NCBI GenBank assembly: GCA_007132965.1
Contig: SLNQ01000150.1
Coordinates: 1 to 60,036 of the forward strand
Length of the DNA: 60,036 nucleotides
Direction of reading: 5' to 3'
From: Gemmatimonadota bacterium
Lineage (GTDB): Bacteria > Gemmatimonadota > Gemmatimonadetes > Longimicrobiales > Gaopeijiaceae
This document shows, in pieces, positions 29,259 through 38,425 of this stretch. Within the stretch, counting starts at the first letter, position 1, and each line of letters starts with the position of its first letter. Below the pieces are notes generated by a model. The model made no database searches. It saw nothing but the letters and a program-made list of their open reading frames with translations, and was not told the DNA's origin. The position numbers were made by a program, and so were the translations under genes.

Positions 29259-31427
29259 TCACCGGAGCATCCGGAGCCGCTCGGTCACATCCATGAAGTT
29301 GATATCCAGAGAGAAGACGCGTTCGTAGAACTCCCGTGCCGACTCGGGGTTCCCCGCCGCTTCGTGAGCCTTTGCCAGGTAGTAGTAGATGCCCAGGAGC
29401 TCGTCCTCCACCTCGGGCTCCACCTTGAGCGCCCGGCTGAGGGTCCGCACCGCCAGGTTGGGTTCTCCCTTCTCCAGGAAGCACTGTCCCACCATCTCGA
29501 AGGCCGGAAGATGGTCGGGTCGGGCCCTGAGCGTCTTCTGGAACTGGGCGATGGCCTCGTCCACCAGGCCCATGTCCTTGTACGCGGCTCCCAGGTCGTA
29601 GTGGGCGGTGGCGTCATCCGCCGGCATTCCGGTGGCCACCTTCTCCTTGAAGCGGGAGAGCATCTTTGCGAAATCGGCCTCCTCGTCTCCGGACGGATCG
29701 GCGTCGCCCAGCCGCCACCGGAAGATATCGTCCCGGACCTCCTCGTCCAGTACCATGCCGCCCAGGTCCACAAAGGCGCCCGACCGGGCCTCCTGGACCT
29801 CGGCGCCGGACTCACCGGAGCTTCCCACCGCCAGGGCCTTCCGGGCCCTGGGGTTGCGAGGGTCCAGGGCCAGGACCTGACCGTAGACCACCTCGGCCTT
29901 CCGCTGGGCCCCGTTTCGCTCCAACGCCTCGGCCAGCTCCAGGAAGGCCGGCACCAGGAGGGCACGATCGCCGGTGCGGTTGGCGTATTCCACCAGGCGT
30001 TGGTAGTGCTCCACCGCGTCGGGCTCATGGAAGATCAGCTCCCGGACCACCCGCATGGCCCGCTCCGCGTCGTCGGCCTCGGCATACAGTCGGTGCGCCG
30101 TCTCCAGCGCCTCCCGCGCGCGCTCGTCCTCGCCCTCCTCGAAGAGCCGGACTCCCAGCCGTCGCCACGCGTCGGCGTCACCGGGCTCCCGGTCCACCTG
30201 CGCCGCCAGCGCTCGAAGGCTCTCACCTCCATCCGAGGTGACCTGGTCCAGGGTGGAGAAGGCATCCCGGGCCTCGTCATCGGAGACGGCGGGCTCGTCG
30301 AAGCCCGGAAGGGGAGCCAGGTCGTCATCCCCCAGTGTAGGCAGGGGGACCGAGTCCGGCTCCTCCTCGTCGAACGTGTCGTCGTCCAGCGTGGGGAGAG
30401 GCTCGAGATCCACCTCGTCGTCGTCCAGGGTCGGAAGCGGGTCCAGCTCGTCCGGATCCAACTCGTCCGAATCCAGGTCGTCCAGAGCCGCCATGTCGTC
30501 CTCGCCGCTCACCGACCGGGGATCCCCCTCTCCTTCGTCCAGGTCGAAGACGGTGCCCGCAAGGGGGTCGACGGGTTCGTCCACCTCGTCCGGGTCCTCG
30601 TGGGCGGAAGGAAGCTCCGCCCCTTCGTCTTCCTCCGGGAGATCCGAGAGGTCTCCGGGGCGATCGACCTGGCTCTCCGCCGGGTCGTCCAGGGCAATTT
30701 CCGCCAGGGAGGTGGTCTGGAAGCCATCCAACCCGTCACCGTCCGAGACACCCGGTTCATCAGACTCGGATGGGGCACCCTCTCCGCCCCCGGCGACGGC
30801 TACGAGGCTCTCCAGCTCCTCGGCCGGCGCCAGCTCCTCCATCTGCTCCCGAACGCCCTCGGCCCGCTCCTCCTCGCCCCGATCCGTGAGGATCCGGTAG
30901 GCCGACGCCAGATGGGTCAGCGCCTCCTCGGGTTGCTCCGACCCGCGGAGCTGGTCGGCCAGGAAGAGGCGGATCTCCACGTCTTCGGGGGCCAGAGCGG
31001 CGAACTCCGCCAGGGCTCGCAGAGCTTCCTCGGCATCTCCCTGGGCCAGCTGGACCTCGGCGTAGCTCAGGAAATCCTCACGAGCATCCACCACGAACCC
31101 CTGTCGGATCCGGATCTGCCCCATGCGCAACATGACCGAGGGACGTCCCGGAGCGTTTCGCTCCAGTTTCCGACACACGGCCATGGCGTTGTTGGGAAGG
31201 TCCGCCTCCAGGTAGAGGTCGATGGCCGTCTCATAGTTCTCCACCGCCCCCTGCAGGTCACCGATCCGAACCTGGAGATCGCCGATCCGGTTATGGAGGG
31301 CGATGTCGGGCTCCTCCTCGGCCTCGGTGGAGCGGGCCAGGGCCCTGGAGTAGAGATCCATGGCCTCCACCCAGTTCTCCTCCTGCTCATGTTCCCGGGC
31401 CTTCTCTTTGAGCTTATCGATCTTCAT
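29259..31427 (-). CDS. TPR-repeat protein with a ~190-aa acidic central region
   Basis: Trimmed from ORF 29259..31640 to the ATG at 31427 ('MKIDKLKEKAREHEQ'). TPR helices occur at both ends ('HYDLGAAYKDMGLVDEAIAQFQKTL...'). The centre is D/E/P-rich with an iterated 'PLPTL(D/G)DD'. Confidence 0.75.
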   Translation of the reverse strand: MKIDKLKEKAREHEQEENWVEAMDLYSRALARSTEAEEEPDIALHNRIGDLQVRIGDLQGAVENYETAIDLYLEADLPNNAMAVCRKLERNAPGRPSVMLRMGQIRIRQGFVVDAREDFLSYAEVQLAQGDAEEALRALAEFAALAPEDVEIRLFLADQLRGSEQPEEALTHLASAYRILTDRGEEERAEGVREQMEELAPAEELESLVAVAGGGEGAPSESDEPGVSDGDGLDGFQTTSLAEIALDDPAESQVDRPGDLSDLPEEDEGAELPSAHEDPDEVDEPVDPLAGTVFDLDEGEGDPRSVSGEDDMAALDDLDSDELDPDELDPLPTLDDDEVDLEPLPTLDDDTFDEEEPDSVPLPTLGDDDLAPLPGFDEPAVSDDEARDAFSTLDQVTSDGGESLRALAAQVDREPGDADAWRRLGVRLFEEGEDERAREALETAHRLYAEADDAERAMRVVRELIFHEPDAVEHYQRLVEYANRTGDRALLVPAFLELAEALERNGAQRKAEVVYGQVLALDPRNPRARKALAVGSSGESGAEVQEARSGAFVDLGGMVLDEEVRDDIFRWRLGDADPSGDEEADFAKMLSRFKEKVATGMPADDATAHYDLGAAYKDMGLVDEAIAQFQKTLRARPDHLPAFEMVGQCFLEKGEPNLAVRTLSRALKVEPEVEDELLGIYYYLAKAHEAAGNPESAREFYERVFSLDINFMDVTERLRMLR

Positions 31428-31672
31428 GCTGTCTTGTCGGGGGCGCCGGAACGGATGAGGGAGCGCCTTGGTGGAGGGTTCCCGGATATGCAGGACCGAC
31501 CCGATCCGGATGCGGGGCGCGCACCGGACCGGGGTCGGTTCACTGGCGACGCGGGTGGACGGTCGTGTCGGTATCGACCGGAGTCGCCCGAACGAAGCCC
31601 ACCACGGAGGCGAAGATAGCCACCGGCGGGGCCCAGACACAACCGGCTACCCCGGACGTCTTTGACGGACTT

Positions 31673-32863
31673 CTACGGCAGCCGCAGCCCCGGTCGCTGG
31701 GTGCGGAGGTTCAGCGCCGGATTGCCCACCTGGAGCTGGTAGGCCCAGTCGAAGATCACAATGGCGCCGTCCTGGGCCCATCCCACGTGGCTGACCCGGA
31801 TCACTCCGTAGCGCCATCCGCCTCCGGCGGCGGGGACCCTGACGACGTAGCTGTACTCCGGAAAGAGGGCGATGTCGGCGCCGGAATAGTCGTCCTCGGG
31901 GGCCACCCGAAGGTCCAGGCAGCCGGCGTCGGCAGCGGGACCGCAGCGGAGCTGTGTGGTGAAGTAGGCGTCCCGGTGCACCTCCACCCCGGGCCCCGGA
32001 ACCAGCCACCAGCCCTCCTCATCCACTTCGACGCGGAAGTGCCGCTCCTCGGAGGTGCCCGACACGATGGGGTCGATGCTCTCGTCCTCCTGGAAGGCGA
32101 AGCCGGAGGACTCTGGCACGTCCTCGAATGCGAAGACCAACTCGCCGTGGTAGTCGGGGCGGGGCGTGCCCTCGGCCAGGGCGCCCCCCTGGCTCTCGTG
32201 GCCCCGGTCGTCTACCGACGTGACGAAGTACCCATAGGTGTTGCCGTTCTGGACCAGGAGGTCCAAGAAACCCTCGGAGTCGGTCTCTCCCAGCAGAATC
32301 ACCGATCCTTCGGCATCCTCCAGGTAGATCCGGTAGAAGGCAAAGTCATCGGCCTCGCGGGCGTCGTCGTTCCAGGTCAGGTAGATGGCGTCGTCCAGTG
32401 GAACGGCATCCAGGTCGCCGGGAACCGGGGGCGGGACCGGCTGAGGTACGTGGACCTCCACGGCGTAGTCGCTGGCCGTCTCCGTTCCCGAGTCGGGGTC
32501 GTAGCTGGCCACGTAGTACTCATAGGTGGTCTCGGGGACGATGTTCAGGTCGGTGTACGTGCAGCGTCCCTCCGAGCAGCTCGTCACGTCGGCGATGAGG
32601 AAGAAATCGGCATCCGTGGTGCGTTTTCCGTATACCCGGAACGACTCCCCGTCCCAGCGGGCCGGAAGCTCCCACGTCAGCGTCACCGCGTGGTTGTAAT
32701 AGTAGGCGTCCAGGGCGCGGGGAGCGTCGGCTCCGCCGTTGCCCGGAGCGACTACGTCCAGGGTGTCGCATCCCCAGAGGGTCCCCACGGCGACGAGGGC
32801 GAGCAACGCCCCGGGGGCTCGGGTTGCCGTCGAACTCCTGGTCCACCTGCGTGTCGTGCTCAT
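31673..32863 (-). CDS. lipoprotein with two fibronectin type III-like domains and an unassigned C-terminal domain
   Basis: Trimmed to the ATG at 32863, with AGGAGAG upstream. Lipobox 'AVGTLWGC'. Two FN3-like units ('VTLTWELPARWDGESFRVYGK...YEYYVASYD' and 'IYLTWNDDAREADDFAFYRIYL...YGYFVTSVDDRGHES'). Confidence 0.7.
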   Translation of the reverse strand: MSTTRRWTRSSTATRAPGALLALVAVGTLWGCDTLDVVAPGNGGADAPRALDAYYYNHAVTLTWELPARWDGESFRVYGKRTTDADFFLIADVTSCSEGRCTYTDLNIVPETTYEYYVASYDPDSGTETASDYAVEVHVPQPVPPPVPGDLDAVPLDDAIYLTWNDDAREADDFAFYRIYLEDAEGSVILLGETDSEGFLDLLVQNGNTYGYFVTSVDDRGHESQGGALAEGTPRPDYHGELVFAFEDVPESSGFAFQEDESIDPIVSGTSEERHFRVEVDEEGWWLVPGPGVEVHRDAYFTTQLRCGPAADAGCLDLRVAPEDDYSGADIALFPEYSYVVRVPAAGGGWRYGVIRVSHVGWAQDGAIVIFDWAYQLQVGNPALNLRTQRPGLRLP

Positions 32864-33003
32864 GAGCTGGCTCTCCTGGCCGTGGGACACCTGATCACGA
32901 CGGTTGAGGATGCAGAAGTCGTGCCCCCGAAACACCCCGGTTGATGGCGCCGTTCGTCGGCACGTGTCCTGTTCAGAGGACAGTCTCCGGCGTCGGAGGG
33001 ACG

Positions 33004-36000
33004 TCAGCGGGGCATCGCGCCAGGCCTCCGTCCTCCCTCCGAGTCCCGCTGGCTATAGTCGAAGCTCAGGTCGCGGTTGGCCCGGAGGGCCACCTCGAAG
33101 GTGAACGACCAGTTGCCCGTGACGGTCTGCCGGAAGCCCATGATGGCCTCCCACTCGTGGAGGTCACGCCGCAACTCCACCGCGTGGTCGTTGAAGCGGC
33201 CGTCCACCAGGTCGTAGGAGCTCTGCCAGCTGGCGTCCCAGTTCTCGCTGGGGGCGAAGGAGAGACCCCACTGGATCATCGCCCGGCGCATACCCGACGC
33301 GAGCCCACCGTTCTCGCTCCGAGGCCTCTGGAGGGAATACGATACACGGGCGTCCCAGCCCTCCCGGCGGGCTCCGAGCTGCTGGCGCCCGTCCTCGTCG
33401 CCGGGGGTCACCCGGGTCGGGTCGAACCCGTCCGGCTCCCCCGCAGGCGTCTCCTCGTCATGGAGATCCGGCCCCTCGGGGGGGTCCACTGGCTCGGCCT
33501 CGTCCGGGTCATCGTCCACCCCCAGCCATCCCATGAGGTGCTGCACGAGGCGGGACTCGTGGTTCATCTGAAAGCTCAGGTTCACCCGGCTGAGGTGGGG
33601 GGAGAAGCTGCGGGAAACGGCGTCCTCGCCGACCCCGCCTCCGGCGAAGAGATCGTGCTCAAAGGACAGACTCAGGCCCCGGAGGTAGTCGGAGCGGACG
33701 GTGTTCGAGAGGCGGGTGGTCTGGAAGCCGTCCAGGAAGCGCCCGGTGGAGTCGGCCTCCACCAGGTCATAGGTCACCGCGTTGGTGCTCAACCCCAAGA
33801 GCGTCACGGTACGGGACTGGGGAGCCCGGCGGAGGCCGTCTTCGGTCACCTCCTCCTCGTCCTCCTCCAGGACGTCCTCGCCCTCATCCTCGGGATCCTC
33901 GTCGGGGTCCGGGAGCGGAAGCTCATCGGGCACGGCGTCAGGGTCGGCCGGATCCTCCTCCACCGCCGGTTCCTCGTCCCGCTCGGCGGGACGCTCCTCG
34001 GCGTCCTCGTCCAGGCGGGCCTCCCAGGTCTGGTTCAGGCCCACCGTGACGATCTTCCGCGGCCGGGCGGCCCGGGCGCCGAACACCTGCCGCTGGAGGT
34101 CGGTGGGCCTCACCTGCGGGGAGTACTGGACGTTCAACGACGGCGTGAGCTTGTGCCGGATGGCGGTGAAGTCCCGGAAGCCGGGATAGAAGCCGTAGAG
34201 CTCCGTCTGGAGGCGGCCGGTGGCCGAGACCCGGCGGGGACCGGCCACGAACTCGTTGGCGATGTCGAAGGTGTCGGCCCGCATCATCTCACCCGAGATG
34301 GACACGCCCGGGGTGAAGGTGGTGGCGCCGATGAGGTTCACCCGGTATCCCAGGTTGGCGGACCAGTTGATGTTGGCCTGGCTGAAGTCGTCCACCGCCA
34401 GGGGGTCCTGAAGGGGGTCGGTCTGGAGGAAGGGATCCAGGGCCGGGGGCAGGCCGTCACCTGTGGCGAACCCGCCCATGCGGTTCACCACGTCGAAGCC
34501 CGGGTCCCGGCCGGAAATGAGCTCAGCGGGCACGTCCTGAAAGAGCGTCTCGTTGTACTGCAGGCTGGCTCCCAGACTCAGGTTCCCCAGACCCGCCGAC
34601 GCCCGGGTCTCGGCGCGGGTCCTGAGCTCGTCGGCCCGAGTGATCTGGAAGGCCGTGTCCGGCTGGGCCGCCCGCTGGAAGACGTCGCGGTTGAAGCGGG
34701 CGCTGCCTCCCAGGTTCAGGTTGTTGTACCAACTCGCCGCCTGCGGAGGAGCGGCGAAGAGAGTCATGGTGTTGATGTTGAGGCTGGCGTTCGGGAGGTT
34801 CATGTCCACCCGGTCGTCGGTGAGGTGCTGTCGCCGATTGGCCGACAAGGTCAGGGTCCCCCAGTCGAAGCGGTGGTTGAAGCCCGCCTCCGAGTTGATG
34901 GTCTGGGTCAGCTCCCGCGGGTCGAAGGACTGCTGTCTCACGAAGTCGGAGCTGGTCATGAAGCGGGCAGAGACGTTGGCCCGGGTCCGCTCCGAGATCT
35001 CCCAGTTGTGTCGGGTGTTGACCCCGAACTCCCGCTGCCCCGTCTCGCGCCAGTAGCGGCGCAGGTCCACGTTGCCGGTGAGGAACTGGGCCCGCCACCG
35101 ATACCGGAGCGCTGCCGTGAGCGCCGTATAGTTGTCGGAGAACCAGTCCATGGCGACGGTCATGTCCGAGTAGTCGCTCATGGCCCAGTAATAGCCGATG
35201 TTGGAGATCCTCCGGTTGTAGCCCGACGAGGTCCGCACCACGTCGTTCATGGAAAAGGAGGGCGTCAGGAGCCCGGAAGCGCGTCCCGATCCCAGGTTCT
35301 GGGCCATGAAGGGGAGCCACATGACGGGCACGTCCTCCACGTACATGCGCACGCCCCGGGCCACCAGCACCTGGTTGGCCACCACCTTCAGGTCGCTGGC
35401 CTCGAAATACGAGTGGGGCGGATCGTGATCACACGAAGTGAACCGGGTGCCGCTGCCAAAGAGGCGGCCCTGCTCCACCGAGTCCAGGTTTCCCTCCACG
35501 TACCAGGTGGCCCCCTCCGTGTAGGTGGTCCGGGCTCCGTGGGCGGTCCCCCGGCTGGCCCTCACGTCGTAGATCAGCTCCCGGCTTTCCACCGGGTCCC
35601 CCTGGTCGGGGGTGAAGAGGGTGGGTCCCGTGGTCCGCACCCGACCCGTGGCGTCGTCATAGGTGATGGACGAATCCGCCTCTACCCGATTCCCCTGCCC
35701 GGAAAACCAGGCGCGGTCCTCGGGGGTGCCGAAGAGGACAAGCCGCCGGTCCCGGGCCTCGAACTGAGCCTCCCTTCCGTGGTAGCTCGCCACCGAGTAG
35801 CCCGGAAGCGCCGAGAGCGCCCGCATGATGGAGTCGGCGCCGTCGGGGAGCTGGGTGGCGGGCCGGGCCCGCTGGTCGTTGCGGGTCTGGACCACGGTCC
35901 GGGGTGGGGTCGCCGCGTCCGGCGTGGTGTCGGCCTGCAGGATGGAGTCCAGCACCTGGGGATCGGCGGCAGGCCGACTCCGCTCCCGGAGCCGCTCCAG

Positions 36001-36159
36001 CACCCGGAGACGTGCCGAGTCCGGGATCTGCACCGTGTCTGCCGGAAGGCTCACGGAGACCCCGGCCGACGCGTCGGCCCCGAGCTCCGCCGGCACCGCC
36101 GACACTCCCACCACCAGAGCCGCCAACAGGGCTCCAGGGCACCAGCCACGCCACCCCAT
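33004..36159 (-). CDS. lptD: LPS-assembly outer-membrane protein LptD-like
   Basis: Signal peptide, an OstA-like N-terminal region, 'RFTSCDHDPPHSYFEASDLKVV...VPVMWLPFM...RASGLLTPSF' and a very long beta-barrel. The ATG overlaps the tatC stop by 1 nt (TGATG). Confidence 0.8.
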   Translation of the reverse strand: MGWRGWCPGALLAALVVGVSAVPAELGADASAGVSVSLPADTVQIPDSARLRVLERLRERSRPAADPQVLDSILQADTTPDAATPPRTVVQTRNDQRARPATQLPDGADSIMRALSALPGYSVASYHGREAQFEARDRRLVLFGTPEDRAWFSGQGNRVEADSSITYDDATGRVRTTGPTLFTPDQGDPVESRELIYDVRASRGTAHGARTTYTEGATWYVEGNLDSVEQGRLFGSGTRFTSCDHDPPHSYFEASDLKVVANQVLVARGVRMYVEDVPVMWLPFMAQNLGSGRASGLLTPSFSMNDVVRTSSGYNRRISNIGYYWAMSDYSDMTVAMDWFSDNYTALTAALRYRWRAQFLTGNVDLRRYWRETGQREFGVNTRHNWEISERTRANVSARFMTSSDFVRQQSFDPRELTQTINSEAGFNHRFDWGTLTLSANRRQHLTDDRVDMNLPNASLNINTMTLFAAPPQAASWYNNLNLGGSARFNRDVFQRAAQPDTAFQITRADELRTRAETRASAGLGNLSLGASLQYNETLFQDVPAELISGRDPGFDVVNRMGGFATGDGLPPALDPFLQTDPLQDPLAVDDFSQANINWSANLGYRVNLIGATTFTPGVSISGEMMRADTFDIANEFVAGPRRVSATGRLQTELYGFYPGFRDFTAIRHKLTPSLNVQYSPQVRPTDLQRQVFGARAARPRKIVTVGLNQTWEARLDEDAEERPAERDEEPAVEEDPADPDAVPDELPLPDPDEDPEDEGEDVLEEDEEEVTEDGLRRAPQSRTVTLLGLSTNAVTYDLVEADSTGRFLDGFQTTRLSNTVRSDYLRGLSLSFEHDLFAGGGVGEDAVSRSFSPHLSRVNLSFQMNHESRLVQHLMGWLGVDDDPDEAEPVDPPEGPDLHDEETPAGEPDGFDPTRVTPGDEDGRQQLGARREGWDARVSYSLQRPRSENGGLASGMRRAMIQWGLSFAPSENWDASWQSSYDLVDGRFNDHAVELRRDLHEWEAIMGFRQTVTGNWSFTFEVALRANRDLSFDYSQRDSEGGRRPGAMPR

Positions 36160-36968
36160 CAGCTCATCTCCACGGTGCCTGGAGGGGGCTCCGACGAAGG
36201 ACGCAACGGCTCGTCTCCCTCCCGGCGCTTTTGAATGAGCCGGGAGAGCACGATGCTCCCTTCGTACAGGATGATCATGGGACCGATCATGAGAAAGGTG
36301 GAGGCGATGTCACCGGGGGTGATGGCACTGGCCAGAACTGTGATCCCCACGATGGCATGGCGACGCTTGTCCTTGAGGAACTGAGGGGTCACGAGCCCCA
36401 TGGCGGAGAGGATCATGACCACCACCGGCAACTCGAACACCAGTCCGAAGGCCAGCAGCAGTCTGATCACGAAGCCCAGGTATTCTCCCACCTCGATGTT
36501 CGGCGCCAGAAACGCTTCCTGGAAGCCCGCCAGAAAGCGAAGGGCCAGTGGCAGGACCCAGAAGTAGGCCATGGCGACCCCGGCGCAGAAGAGGACCAGC
36601 CCGAAGTAGAGGCTCGGGATGACCACCTTCTTCTCTTCGGTTTCCAGCGCCGGGGAGAAGAACGCCCAGACTTGGTACACTACAACCGGAAAGGCCAGAA
36701 GGATCCCCACCATGAACCCCAGCTTCAGCGTTACGAAGAAGGGCGTGGCAGGGTTGAAGTAGACCAGCTCCTCCCCTGCCAGGTAGGGCCTGACGGGGCG
36801 GATCAGGATCTCCATGACCCCGGCGTAGTGCACCAGCAGAAACCCGACGACGGTGGCCACCGCCAGCGCAAGCAGCGCCCACAGGACCCGCCACCGGAGC
36901 TCCTCCAGATGGTCCAGGAAGGGCATCTCACCCCTGGGGTGCCTGGATCGGGGAGGGCGCATGGTCAA
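36159..36968 (-). CDS. tatC: twin-arginine translocase subunit TatC
   Basis: Contains 'MPFLDHLEELRWRVLWALLAL' and six TM helices. The true start may be the internal ATG at that motif. Confidence 0.93.
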   Translation of the reverse strand: MTMRPPRSRHPRGEMPFLDHLEELRWRVLWALLALAVATVVGFLLVHYAGVMEILIRPVRPYLAGEELVYFNPATPFFVTLKLGFMVGILLAFPVVVYQVWAFFSPALETEEKKVVIPSLYFGLVLFCAGVAMAYFWVLPLALRFLAGFQEAFLAPNIEVGEYLGFVIRLLLAFGLVFELPVVVMILSAMGLVTPQFLKDKRRHAIVGITVLASAITPGDIASTFLMIGPMIILYEGSIVLSRLIQKRREGDEPLRPSSEPPPGTVEMS

Positions 36969-36980
36969 CTCGGCGGGGGC

Positions 36981-37481
36981 TCAGGGAAGGGGGAGTTCGG
37001 CCTGGTGCTTCTTCTCGAGCTCCCGTCGTCCCCGTTCGTTCATCTCGTCAACGAACTCCTGAAATTCGTCGGCATCCTGGAAGTTCCGGTACACCGAAGC
37101 GAAGCGGACGTACGCCACCCGGTCCAGGGGCTTGAGTCGCTCCATCACCGCCTCGCCGATCTCCTGGCTGGGAACCTCCACGCCCGCTTGTTGCGACAAC
37201 TCGTCCTCGATTTCGTCGGCGATGCGCTCCACCTCAGTCTGCGACACCGGCCGCTTGGCACAGGCCAGGCTCACGGCCCGCACCAGCTTGCCCCGGTCAA
37301 AGTCCTCCGCGGCGCCGCTGCGCTTGAGGACCTGGATGGGACGGGCCTCCACGTACTCGTAGGTGGTGAAGCGCGCGGAACAGTCGGAGCACTCCCGACG
37401 GCGGCGGACCGCCCGGCCACCCCGGCTCGTGCGGGTGTCCACCACCCGGTTCTCTGTGGAGTCGCATTCAGGACAACGCAT
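36981..37481 (-). CDS. nrdR: transcriptional repressor NrdR
   Basis: Zinc ribbon 'MRCPECDS...CSDCSARFTTYE' followed by an ATP-cone. Confidence 0.95.
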   Translation of the reverse strand: MRCPECDSTENRVVDTRTSRGGRAVRRRRECSDCSARFTTYEYVEARPIQVLKRSGAAEDFDRGKLVRAVSLACAKRPVSQTEVERIADEIEDELSQQAGVEVPSQEIGEAVMERLKPLDRVAYVRFASVYRNFQDADEFQEFVDEMNERGRRELEKKHQAELPLP

Positions 37482-37566
37482 AAATGGACCGGGCAGCGAG
37501 GAGGACGATGTGGGGTTGTCTGTATTCGGCCGGACGCGGCCTGCGGGGAGGTTGATGTGGGCCCGG

Positions 37567-38367
37567 TCAGCCCATCTCGTTCAGAACCCGTTGCGCCATG
37601 TCGGCGGCTGCGGAGTCGGGCCAGGTATTCACCACTCGCTCCAGGTAAGAGCGGGCTTCCGCGTCGTCGCCCAGCTCCCGGTAGATGAGCCCTACCCGGT
37701 AGAGAGCCGAGGCGGCCCGGTCGGCTTCCGGGTGGTACTCCAGGATCTCCAGGAAGGCGTCGATGGCCTGTTCCAGCTCGTCGTTCTGCACCATGATGTC
37801 GGCCAGAAAGTAGCGAGCGGAAGGTGTCAGCTGATGGTTGGGGAACCGCTCCACCACCTCTTCCAGGCCCAGTCGGGCCGAGGTGATCGAGCCCCGCCGA
37901 TACTGGGTCATGGCGTCGTCGTAGATCTCCTGCGCCTCGCCGCCCACGTCGAGGCCTCCGGCGCCGGGCTGCGTGGCGGGCATGGGACGCCGGTCCATCT
38001 GGTCTCGGAGCGCCGCCAGCTCCTGCTGCGACACGCCCACCAGCTCACCCACCCGGAGGAGCGAGTCCTCCATGTCCCGGAGGGTGCGGGAGAGCTGCGT
38101 GCGGTGCTCGCCGAATCTCGACGCCAGCACCTGCAGCGAGTCGGATTGCTCTCTCTGGTCGGCCTGGATCTCCCGCATGAGCGCTTCCTGCCGCTCGGCC
38201 AGGGTGCGAACCTCTTCCTGCAGGCCCCGGACATCACCCTTGGTGGCACACGCCGCCAGGGGGACCACCAGGAGGGCTGCCACCAGAAGACGCACCCCTC
38301 CCCCGATTCGTGTGCGGCCCGAGTTCCGGATCCGGTCGACAGCGGTCGAGGGAGGGGTGTTCTTCAT
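37567..38367 (-). CDS. ybgF: Tol-Pal system protein YbgF/CpoB
   Basis: Signal/lipobox 'VVPLAAC', a coiled-coil segment and a C-terminal TPR block. It lies directly downstream of pal. Confidence 0.8.
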   Translation of the reverse strand: MKNTPPSTAVDRIRNSGRTRIGGGVRLLVAALLVVPLAACATKGDVRGLQEEVRTLAERQEALMREIQADQREQSDSLQVLASRFGEHRTQLSRTLRDMEDSLLRVGELVGVSQQELAALRDQMDRRPMPATQPGAGGLDVGGEAQEIYDDAMTQYRRGSITSARLGLEEVVERFPNHQLTPSARYFLADIMVQNDELEQAIDAFLEILEYHPEADRAASALYRVGLIYRELGDDAEARSYLERVVNTWPDSAAADMAQRVLNEMG

Positions 38368-38391
38368 GGTTCTTTCCGTCGTTCCAGTGTA

Positions 38392-38423
38392 CCCGCCTGA
38401 GCGGAGAGTGCCCGCCTGAGCGG
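38392..38423 (-). repeat. 13-nt perfect direct repeat in the pal-ybgF spacer
   Basis: 'cccgcctgagcgg' occurs at 38392-38404 and again at 38411-38423, a 19-nt period. Confidence 0.85.
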
Positions 38424-38425
38424 GG

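Noticed and set aside
32941-36234. 1097-aa plus-strand ORF opposite lptD.
   Set aside because: The minus strand encodes a convincing LptD (OstA-like region, 'FTSCDHDPPH', long barrel). The plus-frame product is low-complexity G/R/P/V/H sequence.
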